DNA of 64,000 nt, taken from positions 796 to 64,795 of the forward strand of contig JADFZK010000006.1 in assembly GCA_015232565.1 (NCBI GenBank), given 5' to 3'. Position numbers and translations under genes: made by a program. This DNA is from Candidatus Omnitrophota bacterium (GTDB taxonomy: Bacteria; Omnitrophota; Gorgyraeia; Zapsychrales; Fredricksoniimonadaceae). The notes under the pieces were generated by a model. The model was not told where the DNA came from and made no database searches. It worked only from the letters and a program-made list of their open reading frames with translations. Of the stretch, positions 47,483-56,722 are shown piece by piece; position 1 is the stretch's first letter; every line of letters starts with the position of its first letter.

Positions 47483-48996
47483 TCCCGGTTCCGCTTAAAC
47501 ATTGGATCTTTTTATTTTTTGTGGGCATTACTGTTTGGGCATATTGGCCATCTTTACAGCATGCGCCCAAGCATGATCAGCTTGGCTTTCTGGCAGATAT
47601 GGCTTTGCGTGATGGTGCGTGGGAAAAGACTGCAGGTGCGTATTCCTGGAATCGTGAACGTTTATTCATGGGAGCAGATCAATTTTTGTTTCGTCCGATC
47701 TTGAATTTGTTCCTTGCTGGTCAACTGTTAGTCTTTGGTTATAATTTCACCTTATGGCAGGGGATGTCAATCTTTGTTCATTTGCTGGTTGGTTTATCTG
47801 TATATCGTTTGCTAAACGTTATTCGTCCTGGTTTATCAGCGGCAGTGGCGGCGGGTTTTTTTCTATTGATGCTTTCCAATGTTCCGATGGTGGTCTGGAA
47901 TAATATTGGCGCCTATATGATCTTTTGTGTGTTGATCCTGGAAAGCCTGGTTAGGTGGTTAAAGCACCAACGCAATAGTGATGATCAAGGCTCGCTATTG
48001 GGTTGTGGCATATGTTTGCTTCTGGCGTGTTTTGTTTTCGAGGCGGGCGTGGTGTATTGTTTGTGTTTTGTTTTTATGTCGTTGTTAACCAAACGATCCG
48101 GCTATTGTTCGTTACTGTTATTGACTCCGGTAATCATTTATTTTACTGTGGATATTGCCGATTTTTTGTTGAGGAGCACAGTTTTTAACTCCGAGGCCGG
48201 GCGTATTAGTGGCCAGGCGTTGTCGTTTCAAACGTTAAGCAATTGTTTAATTGCCATAAAATGGTTCTTCTTAACCGGGATCTATCTTAAAGTTTCTGAG
48301 ATCATCCCGATTGAACGGGTGGTGGTTTCGCCTTTGACTCTTAATTGGCATTGGCCTTTTACCGTTGTAAATGAACATTTATTACGAGGGATTATAGCTT
48401 GTGTAATATATGCATTCGCTCTGGGATTGTCTTTCCGCAGCTGGTCTTTAGAGCGGCGCAGTTTTTTATCATTGCTATTACTAATGATCATTGGTTTGGT
48501 GGTCTTTATTTGCTTGGGCAGAGTTAATAGCCGGGGATTAATAACCGGGTTATCTTTTAACTCGTATTACATTTATCTTTTTTGGGTTCTAGCCATACCG
48601 TTGGCCTATTCTTGTTTGAATCTATCCGCTATTCGTGCTCGTAAGGATGGGCGTACAATCGGTGTTCTTGTGTGCTTGTTGTGTGGAACGATGGTCTTTA
48701 TTAATGCTTACTCTATTCGTAATGCAAATGCATTTGTCGCCAGGCTGGATAAGCCCCGGCGTGTTCTATTGGATACAACTACCGCTTTTGTAAAGGCACG
48801 TCGTGATGAGGTTAATTTTTCTTTCTTTGTGCCGCCCAATTATCCGGGGAATTACGCTGGGAAATGGTTGCATAAAGCGAAAGATCCACTTTGGAGAAGA
48901 TATACTCTTGCCGAGGCTTTATACCCCCGGTTTCATAACAAGATCAATCCAATGTATGTTTTAAGAAGCGCAGAGGGGAATATTAGTGGACAGTAA
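47479..48996 (+). CDS. polytopic membrane protein, unknown family (paralog A of the 52275 and 53933 genes)
   Basis: 12 or more TM segments. N-terminal block WAYWPSL…DQLGFLAD…FRPILNLFLAGQ…FGYNF…WQ aligns with the two downstream paralogs. 4-nt overlap with the upstream gene. Confidence 0.6.
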   Translation: MIPVPLKHWIFLFFVGITVWAYWPSLQHAPKHDQLGFLADMALRDGAWEKTAGAYSWNRERLFMGADQFLFRPILNLFLAGQLLVFGYNFTLWQGMSIFVHLLVGLSVYRLLNVIRPGLSAAVAAGFFLLMLSNVPMVVWNNIGAYMIFCVLILESLVRWLKHQRNSDDQGSLLGCGICLLLACFVFEAGVVYCLCFVFMSLLTKRSGYCSLLLLTPVIIYFTVDIADFLLRSTVFNSEAGRISGQALSFQTLSNCLIAIKWFFLTGIYLKVSEIIPIERVVVSPLTLNWHWPFTVVNEHLLRGIIACVIYAFALGLSFRSWSLERRSFLSLLLLMIIGLVVFICLGRVNSRGLITGLSFNSYYIYLFWVLAIPLAYSCLNLSAIRARKDGRTIGVLVCLLCGTMVFINAYSIRNANAFVARLDKPRRVLLDTTTAFVKARRDEVNFSFFVPPNYPGNYAGKWLHKAKDPLWRRYTLAEALYPRFHNKINPMYVLRSAEGNISGQ

Positions 48997-50875
48997 AGCT
49001 TTTTCGTTATTAAGCAGACATTTATTGATGTCTTTATTCCTTATTTGTGTTGTTATTATTACGTTCTGTCCGGTCTTTCATGCCGCTTATATGCTTAATT
49101 TCGATGATAATATGCACCTTTTTTATAATTCCCAGGTGCGGGATAAAGACTGGCGTAATACCCCGCTGGCTATCTTTTTTACCCCTGACAATGCCAATGG
49201 CACCTATGTTCCGCTAACCATACTTACTTTCTTTTACGAGAATGCTTTATTTGGCCTTAAGCCCTGGGTTTCGCATTCTATCAATCTCCTGTTACATCTG
49301 GCGGTTTGCGGCATGGCTTTTTTGTTTGGCCGGACTTTAGGATTGAGCCGGATCGCTGTTTTTGCCGGTGTTATGCTTTTTGCCGTTCATCCCTTACACG
49401 TTGAGCCCGTGGCCTGGGTTACCGCGCGCAAAGATCTTTTGTACAGTTTCTTTTATTTATCCTCGATGGTGTTCTATCTGCGGTATATCGACGCTGGCCG
49501 GGGTCGTGATTATATTTTTGCTTTGCTAACGGCGGCTTTGAGCATATTTTCTAAGCCGATGGCTTTAAGTTTGCCTTTGGTGTTGTTTCTGCTCGATTTA
49601 TACAGGGGGCGCTCTTTTTCATGGAAGTTGATGGTTGAGAAGATCCCGTTCTTTTGTGTTGTGTGGCCGTTGGCCTTTATAACATATACGATGAATGCCC
49701 GCGAAGCACATTTCTCATGGTATTTTTCACCTTTCTTGTGGGTATGGTGCGCGGCGTTTTACATTAGAAAGTTCTTTTGGCCAACTGATTTGGCAGCGGT
49801 GTATAAGGTGGAGTCACCAATTAGCACGTCGAATCCTGAGTATTATTTGGCTTTCTTGATCTTGTTTGTTGTTTTGATTTTATTATGGTTCTGGAGAAAG
49901 AATCGGTTGGCAGTATTTGCCGTTGGGTTCTATGTGTGTTCACTTTTCTTTATTTGGCGGTTTGATATCTTTGATCTTACTTTTGTGGGTGATCGTTTTA
50001 TGTATTTACCCAGTTTGGGGATTTGTTTTTTACTAGGAATTATTTCCGAGAAGCTTGTTAAAACGAACTACCGTTGGGGGTTAGCGTTATTGGTGGCATT
50101 ATTGTGCGTACTTATGGTGGCATCTTATCAAAGAGCTAGTGTTTGGAAGAATAGCTATTCTCTTTGGACCGAGAATTTTAAACATTATAAAACGCCTTTT
50201 GTATTAAATGCTTATGGCGAGGCTTTACTTGAGGAAAATTGTTTTAAAGACAGCCGTGAGGATTTTATTAAAAAATTAAGTTCTGCGGTAAATACAACTC
50301 CGGAGAAGTTTAAAGAAGTTTTTGCATTATCTTTAAAAGCTAAAGTGGATGCCGCGCGCCGTTTAGTGGCCCTAAAAAGGTTTTATGGTGTGCTTTTGAT
50401 TAATCCTAATAGTGATGACACCATAGATAATATTGGTTATTTGTACATAATTCTGAAAAATTATTCCCGGGCAATTACTTTCTTGAACCGGAGCATCGAG
50501 CTTTCACAGGGCCGCAGCAGTAATTATTATTATCATCGTGGCTTGGCGTATGAACATCTGGGCAATATGGACTTGGCCTTAAAAGATTATGACCGCGCTA
50601 TTGCAATAGGTGGGGTAGGAGTGGATGTGTCGCTATTAAACAGGGCTAACATTATGTTTCAGAAGGGTAATTATGATTCTGCCTTAAGTGATGTCATTAA
50701 AGTTATCGAAGCGATGCCTGAATATGTACGAGCGTATGAGCTTGCCATTAAGATTGCAAATGCAAAGGGATCTGTGGAGTTGGCAGAGAACTTTAGAAAA
50801 CTTCAGAGTTTTTATCTGCGTACGTCTTATATCGCCGGATTATCATTAGTTCAGCCTTTTAGCCCCAGGAGATAA
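48986..50875 (+). CDS. TMTC/DUF1736-like GT-C membrane glycosyltransferase with C-terminal TPR repeats (paralog 2)
   Basis: HPLHVEPVAWVTARKDLLYSFFYLSS signature; clear TPR repeats at the C-terminus; 629 aa. Confidence 0.75.
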   Translation: MDSKAFSLLSRHLLMSLFLICVVIITFCPVFHAAYMLNFDDNMHLFYNSQVRDKDWRNTPLAIFFTPDNANGTYVPLTILTFFYENALFGLKPWVSHSINLLLHLAVCGMAFLFGRTLGLSRIAVFAGVMLFAVHPLHVEPVAWVTARKDLLYSFFYLSSMVFYLRYIDAGRGRDYIFALLTAALSIFSKPMALSLPLVLFLLDLYRGRSFSWKLMVEKIPFFCVVWPLAFITYTMNAREAHFSWYFSPFLWVWCAAFYIRKFFWPTDLAAVYKVESPISTSNPEYYLAFLILFVVLILLWFWRKNRLAVFAVGFYVCSLFFIWRFDIFDLTFVGDRFMYLPSLGICFLLGIISEKLVKTNYRWGLALLVALLCVLMVASYQRASVWKNSYSLWTENFKHYKTPFVLNAYGEALLEENCFKDSREDFIKKLSSAVNTTPEKFKEVFALSLKAKVDAARRLVALKRFYGVLLINPNSDDTIDNIGYLYIILKNYSRAITFLNRSIELSQGRSSNYYYHRGLAYEHLGNMDLALKDYDRAIAIGGVGVDVSLLNRANIMFQKGNYDSALSDVIKVIEAMPEYVRAYELAIKIANAKGSVELAENFRKLQSFYLRTSYIAGLSLVQPFSPRR

Positions 50876-50881
50876 CACTTA

Positions 50882-52237
50882 ATGCCCCGGTATTTATTGT
50901 TACTGTTCTTTCTAATGCCAATCTATTGGGCGTATTTATTGCTTAATACTCAGCCATTTATGGTTTTCGACGCTATAGGTTACGAAGAATCGGGACGTTT
51001 TATTCTTAAACATGGCTTGGGGGCGTACTTTCAAACTTTGAATCGTGAGCCTTTGTTTCCATATTTAGTTTCCCGGGCGATGAATTTGAGCCAGTTATTT
51101 GGCGTGCCTTATTATTATTTTCTTAAGGCGATTCTCTTTATTTTTTTGACTGTGACACTGGTGGGTATTTACCGCTTGGCGCGTTTGTTAGGTGTGGGGC
51201 GTACTGTGTCTGGTTTAGGTGCGTTTTACGCTGGTGTTTCACCGGTCATACTAAATTCCATGTTATGGTTATGGTCGGAAGGGGCGGCCTTACCGTGGGC
51301 GGTATGGGGCGTGTTCTTTTTTGTGAAATTGTGGCGCTCGGCTGTTAAGTGTGACTTTCGTCGACTGGTACTTTTTTCCGTATTGTCTGCGTTCATGTTT
51401 ATTGTTTTGCTGACGGTAAAAGCTGTAGCTGGAGTTGCGGGAGTGCTTTACGGGTTACCACTTTTGTTGGTTGGCGTGGTTTATTTGATTCGGAGGGAGT
51501 ATTATCGTGCCGGCGCTTTTGTTGTTTCGGGGGTAATATTCCTGGGGGTATTTAGCTCGGCTGTTGAGGGTTATAAAGCTTTAAACTACAAAATGAACGG
51601 CAATTATGAGCTTACAACGCGCTTTCATTGGGCTCTCTACGGCAACACTGTCCGACGGTTGCAACCGTTAAACTATAATCGGCTTATGCAAGCGGTATTA
51701 TCTGTGCCGCGCCTGGGATTTTGTGAGAAGTTTTATAGTCAGGAGGCTTGTCTATTTTGGAGTTATCAAACCTCCGACGCTATCAGTGAAGAGGCAAACC
51801 GATATGCAATTAAGCAGGGTTTTTCTGATGATAAGCAACGTCGGTTTATGACTTATGGTTCATTTAAGTTGATGGCAGAGCATCCAATGCAACAATTCTT
51901 GTTGTCGATTGTGGAAGGGACAAAGATGTTCTTCTGGGAAAACCGTCAATGTTTCGTTACGTATCCGGCCTGGATGGATAAATTGTATGCTGACGCCTGG
52001 CCGATGTTTACATATTACCTGCTGTGGGCAGGGTTAAGTATTGCGGCTATGGTTTATGCTTTCCGGCGAGGTTCGTTCGATTTTGTATTGACGGCTGTGT
52101 TTATGTGTTGTTTTATAATTGCGCACTCTGTTTTCTACATAGACATCAGGTACGCATTACCAATTGCGCCGCTTTTTATTGTTTTAATAGCGGGAATGTT
52201 TCAGGGCTCTTTAAAAGATCGTAAGGTTTCGGTATGA
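50882..52237 (+). CDS. GT-C-like polytopic membrane protein (ArnT/PMT-like N-terminus)
   Basis: Multi-TM protein with an early periplasmic-loop acidic motif (FDAIGYEESGRF) reminiscent of GT-C transferases. Confidence 0.5.
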   Translation: MPRYLLLLFFLMPIYWAYLLLNTQPFMVFDAIGYEESGRFILKHGLGAYFQTLNREPLFPYLVSRAMNLSQLFGVPYYYFLKAILFIFLTVTLVGIYRLARLLGVGRTVSGLGAFYAGVSPVILNSMLWLWSEGAALPWAVWGVFFFVKLWRSAVKCDFRRLVLFSVLSAFMFIVLLTVKAVAGVAGVLYGLPLLLVGVVYLIRREYYRAGAFVVSGVIFLGVFSSAVEGYKALNYKMNGNYELTTRFHWALYGNTVRRLQPLNYNRLMQAVLSVPRLGFCEKFYSQEACLFWSYQTSDAISEEANRYAIKQGFSDDKQRRFMTYGSFKLMAEHPMQQFLLSIVEGTKMFFWENRQCFVTYPAWMDKLYADAWPMFTYYLLWAGLSIAAMVYAFRRGSFDFVLTAVFMCCFIIAHSVFYIDIRYALPIAPLFIVLIAGMFQGSLKDRKVSV

Positions 52238-52274
52238 TTTATCTACGATTTTTTTTCTTAGAATCTGGACGAAG

Positions 52275-53879
52275 TTGTCTGTTAAGGATTGTTTAATAAA
52301 TGAGAACGGAATACATCAGCATGGTAACGCTAGTTTGCTTAATAACAGAATAATTAAATTAATTGGTCTTGGGTGTTTATTTCTCGCCGTTTTTCTTGCA
52401 TATTCCCCTTCTTTATTTCATGTTGCCCGTGCGGATCAATTGTGGTTTCTAGCTGAATATGCAGGGAGAGATAACTCGATTCAAACATTGTCTGATTCGT
52501 TGTTTTATGACCGCACCAGGCATTTCTCTCCAGGTAATCCGCAATTGTTCCGCCCATTCTTTTTTTTGATCCTAACCGTACAGAGGATCGGGTTTGGTTA
52601 TGAGTTCTTCTATTGGCAATTAGTTTCATTACTGGCGCATATTTTCTCGATTTGGGCATTGTGGCGTCTTTTATCATCCTGGACTGAAAGGTCTGTAAAG
52701 GTCAAGTCTTGGGCTTTTCTCTTTGTGATTTTCTTTGCTTTTCTTTTCGCTAATGTTGAGGCTGTGATCTGGCATCATATTACTCCCTATGTTTTCTTTG
52801 CGGGGGTTGTTTTGGTTGCTTTTGAAAGGATGGATGTATTTGTTTTATCTTCCGGGCGGGATCGAGGAGCCTTGTGGGCATGTTCGGCTTTGCTTTTGAT
52901 GGCGGTTCTGACATATGAGGTGGGCCTTTTGTACAGTGGGTGTTTCTTTATTTACTCTTTACTGGAGCTACGCGGTACAGGCAGGGTTCGGTGGTCATTG
53001 GTTCTATTGATGCCACTTGCTATGTATTGTTGTCTTAGTATCGGTCATTGGATGTTGATGAATGTTCAAGCGGATCAAGAGGGCGCGTTGATTTTAAATA
53101 AAGTTATATCTGTTAGCACATTATCAAATTTTTTTATTGTACTTAAGCTGTTCTTGTTCAGTGGTTTTTTTCTTCAACCGCTCGATGTTCTTCCCGAACT
53201 TCGTGTAAGTTTGGTTAAGGATACTTTGAGTTGGCTGTGGCCGTTGAATGTTTGGGTGCTCAGTCGGTGGGTCGGCGCTGGATTATTTGTGGCATTTGGT
53301 TGTTTGGTTGCATATAGACTACGGTACTATAAATTGACCAATGAACTGGCCAGGATTTTATTGGTTTGCGCTATGTTGACGGGGTATTTGTTTATGATCG
53401 TTGCAGGGAGGGTAAATGTTCGTACTGAAGTTTCTTTGGTTAATACGATCTATTACGATTACAATTTCTGGATACTGTTCACTGTTTTGCTGTTCTTGTT
53501 GATGGGCGAGCTGGTTTCATTTGTCAGTAGTACCAGGTTCTTAGTGTTTATTTTTTCCCTTCTGGTTATTATGTTTTCATTCAATAATGCTCGGAACATT
53601 TATGCGTTTACCACAGTTATTAAGAACGATGCTCTTATTTCCAGAACTTTTCTCCGTGCGTTGGATAAATTCATTACTGAGCACAAGAATGAGTCGGATT
53701 TTAGTTTTTCGTTTGCTGCTGATGATCCATATAATGTGCCTTTAATTTGGAGGAGAAATAAAGGTTTGCCTATATTAAAACGGTCACTGGTGCATTCTTT
53801 ATATCCACAATACTATGTTGTTCAAAACCCTAAGTATCTCTTGTATAGTGACATTTGGGAGAATACTGGTCATTTTTAG
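52275..53879 (+). CDS. polytopic membrane protein, unknown family (paralog B)
   Basis: AYSPSLFHVARADQLWFLAEYAGRD…FYDRTRHF.PGNP.LFRP.FFL.LTVQR…Y.FFYWQLVSLLAH is shared nearly verbatim with paralog C. Confidence 0.6.
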   Translation: MSVKDCLINENGIHQHGNASLLNNRIIKLIGLGCLFLAVFLAYSPSLFHVARADQLWFLAEYAGRDNSIQTLSDSLFYDRTRHFSPGNPQLFRPFFFLILTVQRIGFGYEFFYWQLVSLLAHIFSIWALWRLLSSWTERSVKVKSWAFLFVIFFAFLFANVEAVIWHHITPYVFFAGVVLVAFERMDVFVLSSGRDRGALWACSALLLMAVLTYEVGLLYSGCFFIYSLLELRGTGRVRWSLVLLMPLAMYCCLSIGHWMLMNVQADQEGALILNKVISVSTLSNFFIVLKLFLFSGFFLQPLDVLPELRVSLVKDTLSWLWPLNVWVLSRWVGAGLFVAFGCLVAYRLRYYKLTNELARILLVCAMLTGYLFMIVAGRVNVRTEVSLVNTIYYDYNFWILFTVLLFLLMGELVSFVSSTRFLVFIFSLLVIMFSFNNARNIYAFTTVIKNDALISRTFLRALDKFITEHKNESDFSFSFAADDPYNVPLIWRRNKGLPILKRSLVHSLYPQYYVVQNPKYLLYSDIWENTGHF

Positions 53880-53932
53880 GGTAACTTCAAGGGCAGGTTT
53901 GTTTAACCGTATAATTTAACGTTAGGTCAAAA

Positions 53933-55483
53933 TTGAATTCCAAACATTATACTAATGCCGGGATAGTTATTGTTTTAGGTTTAATTGTTGTAACGTATTG
54001 GCCCTCATTATTTCACATAATGCGTGCAGATCAATTATGGTTTATGGCTGAATATGCAGGTAGGGATATGTCTATTCAATCTTTCTTCGATGCTTTGTTT
54101 TATGATCGCACACGACATTTCTACCCTGGCAATCCGGAATTATTTCGCCCATTATTCTTCTTAGTATTGACGGTTCAAAGACTTTGGTTCAAGTATAATT
54201 TTTTCTATTGGCAGTTGGTTTCATTACTGGCACATCTTCTTACGGTTTTTGCTCTCTGGCGCCTTTTACACCGCTGGTCGGATAATTTTTCAAGATCTCT
54301 TTGGTCTATAGTACTGTTCACTATCTTTTTTTCCTTCCTTTTTGTAAACATGGAAGCAGTAATCTGGCATCATATAACTCCATATGTATTATTTGCTGGA
54401 TTCGTTTTGTTTGCCCTTGAGAGGTTAGATGTTTTTGTTGTATCTGGTGGTCATGATACTGGGGCTTTAGGGGTATGTTCGTTATGGCTTTTGGCGGGGG
54501 TGCTAACGTATGAGGTTGGTCTTTGGTATATTCTGTGTTTCTTTATTTATTCGATAATATGTTTAAAGGGTTCAGGTAAGGCTAGTCGATCATGGGTTTT
54601 GCTGACACCTTTCTTTATTTATGTTTTGTGGAGTGCCGGTCACTGGTTGGCGGTTCATAAGCAGTTTGTACATAATGAAGGGGTTTTGTTTGGGGTCAGT
54701 TGTTCGGGAAATACATTGGTAAATTTCTTCCTGATCTTGAGATTGTTCTTACTGGGAGGCTTTTTCCTTCTTCCTTCGGATGTTATACCAGATTTACGGT
54801 TGTGCCTTGGTCAGGAGTTTTTTTCTCTTGCGTGGCCGTTAAATATATGGTTACCTTTCAGGTGTGTCGGTGCTGTAGTATTTGTTTCGGTTATCATTCT
54901 ATCTTTTGTCGGCATTTGGCAAATCAAATTATATGTAAAACGTAAAATGGTGTTTTTACTTCTTGCCATGCTTGCAGGTTATGTTCTGATGATTGTGGTT
55001 GGTCGGTTTAATGTTCGTTCCTACGCGGGGATAAGTAATTCTGTATATTACTTTTACAATTTCTGGGTATTGTTCGTTTTGATATTATTCCTGTTGTTTC
55101 AGCATTATTCTGCAGTTCTTAATTCTGCACGTTTGCCATTATTAATGGTACTAACAGTTTCGATTATTTCCTTTTCGTTATGTAATGCTTTTAATATTTA
55201 TTCATACACCTCTTTAATGAAGAATGAATCCTTATTACCCAGGGTTTATTTGCGTGCGTTGGACAAGTTTGTTTCTGATCATAAGAAGGAGAAGGATTTC
55301 TCTTTCTATTTTAGTCCAGATGATCAAAACTCTATTAATCTACCGTTAGAATGGGGAATAAAGGGGGAAGCTTCAGGGACAAAGCACTCTGTAACTGAGT
55401 TGTTATACCCACAATATTTTACTGATCGTAATCCCAAGTATCGTTTAGACAGTGAAACATGGCAGAAGACGGGGTATTTTTAG
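53933..55483 (+). CDS. polytopic membrane protein, unknown family (paralog C, tandem duplicate of B)
   Basis: High similarity to 52275..53879 along its full length. Confidence 0.6.
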   Translation: MNSKHYTNAGIVIVLGLIVVTYWPSLFHIMRADQLWFMAEYAGRDMSIQSFFDALFYDRTRHFYPGNPELFRPLFFLVLTVQRLWFKYNFFYWQLVSLLAHLLTVFALWRLLHRWSDNFSRSLWSIVLFTIFFSFLFVNMEAVIWHHITPYVLFAGFVLFALERLDVFVVSGGHDTGALGVCSLWLLAGVLTYEVGLWYILCFFIYSIICLKGSGKASRSWVLLTPFFIYVLWSAGHWLAVHKQFVHNEGVLFGVSCSGNTLVNFFLILRLFLLGGFFLLPSDVIPDLRLCLGQEFFSLAWPLNIWLPFRCVGAVVFVSVIILSFVGIWQIKLYVKRKMVFLLLAMLAGYVLMIVVGRFNVRSYAGISNSVYYFYNFWVLFVLILFLLFQHYSAVLNSARLPLLMVLTVSIISFSLCNAFNIYSYTSLMKNESLLPRVYLRALDKFVSDHKKEKDFSFYFSPDDQNSINLPLEWGIKGEASGTKHSVTELLYPQYFTDRNPKYRLDSETWQKTGYF

Positions 55484-55513
55484 ATAAGAATCGTATATTT
55501 AACAGACGTTTAT

Positions 55514-56620
55514 GTGAGGTCTATGCATTCAAAGAATCAACACTATTTATTTATCGATGGGTTACGTGCAGTTGCTTTTCTTATGGTATTGATACATCAC
55601 ATGTTTTATTTCTTCGATCTTTATCCCGTTTTTCAAAGATTTTATTGGTTGTGTGCAGTGATCGCAGAAGGCCGGTTAGGTGTTGATCTTTTTTTTATCA
55701 TAAGCGGCTTTTTGATTACTGGTGTAATAATTGGCAGTAATGATGCTCGAAGTCCTAATATCTGGCGCTTTTATCAAAGGCGGTTCTTTAAGATCTATCC
55801 TCAGTACGCTATTTGTCTTGTTTCTTGTTTGTTCTTTCCTGTTTTCTTTTCACAGATCTATGCTCCAGCCGGGTCATTCTATAGTTTTGAGATCAATAAA
55901 TTATGGCCATACCTTATATTTGTTCAAAATTATATCTTTAGTAATCCATTCTTTGAGCATGCCTGGTCTTTAGCTGTTGAAGAGCATTTTTATTTGGTGT
56001 ACCCAATAATCATTGGGCTAATCTTTAAATTAACCGCCGAACAACACCGCATTAATATGTTGAAGTTGTCGATCGGTGTTTTAGTAGCCATAGTTGTTGG
56101 GTATCGCTTTGTAACTCATATGACAGACCCTATATGTGTAGTAACTCATGCTAGTTCTTTTCAGTCAACATTTATGCGTATTGATGCACTTATGGTTGGC
56201 TGCCTTATTAAGCTTTTTCAACCTTTTCTAGAGCGTCAATCTGCACGTACGGCTTGGTTGTTGTTTATTACTGGATCTTTAGCGTGGATCAGTCTGTTTC
56301 TTAGGGTAATCCCCATAGACAGGTTTTATGTTACGGTAGCATGGTTAGGAGCGGCTTGCTTCTTTATTGTTGGGCTATCAGGGCTTAGATTCATGAATGT
56401 GTGTTTGGAATGTCGGCCCTTGCGGTGGATTGGTAAAAATTCATATGGATTGTATTTGTGGCATTATCCCTTAATTTTTCTGATGGCGCCATTAGCCAAT
56501 GTCTTACCGTCTGGGGTGTTAATTTTGGTTTATTTAACAGCGGTTTTCTTTTTCGGAGCGGGATCAACTGCGACTATTGAATATTTATCTTTAAAATTTC
56601 GTGATCGTGTTTGTCCGTAA
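55514..56620 (+). CDS. acyltransferase family 3 (OafA-like O-acyl/acetyltransferase) membrane protein
   Basis: FIDGLRAVAFLMVLIHH N-terminus and a 10-TM architecture typical of Acyl_transf_3. Confidence 0.8.
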   Translation: MRSMHSKNQHYLFIDGLRAVAFLMVLIHHMFYFFDLYPVFQRFYWLCAVIAEGRLGVDLFFIISGFLITGVIIGSNDARSPNIWRFYQRRFFKIYPQYAICLVSCLFFPVFFSQIYAPAGSFYSFEINKLWPYLIFVQNYIFSNPFFEHAWSLAVEEHFYLVYPIIIGLIFKLTAEQHRINMLKLSIGVLVAIVVGYRFVTHMTDPICVVTHASSFQSTFMRIDALMVGCLIKLFQPFLERQSARTAWLLFITGSLAWISLFLRVIPIDRFYVTVAWLGAACFFIVGLSGLRFMNVCLECRPLRWIGKNSYGLYLWHYPLIFLMAPLANVLPSGVLILVYLTAVFFFGAGSTATIEYLSLKFRDRVCP

Positions 56621-56722
56621 CCCATTGGTTACCGTTTTAATTCTTCTGCCATTTATGATAAATATAAACGCTAGGATGTTTTTATACAGTCCGCCCAGAG
56701 TCGATCAGCCGTTTGAGCCGGT

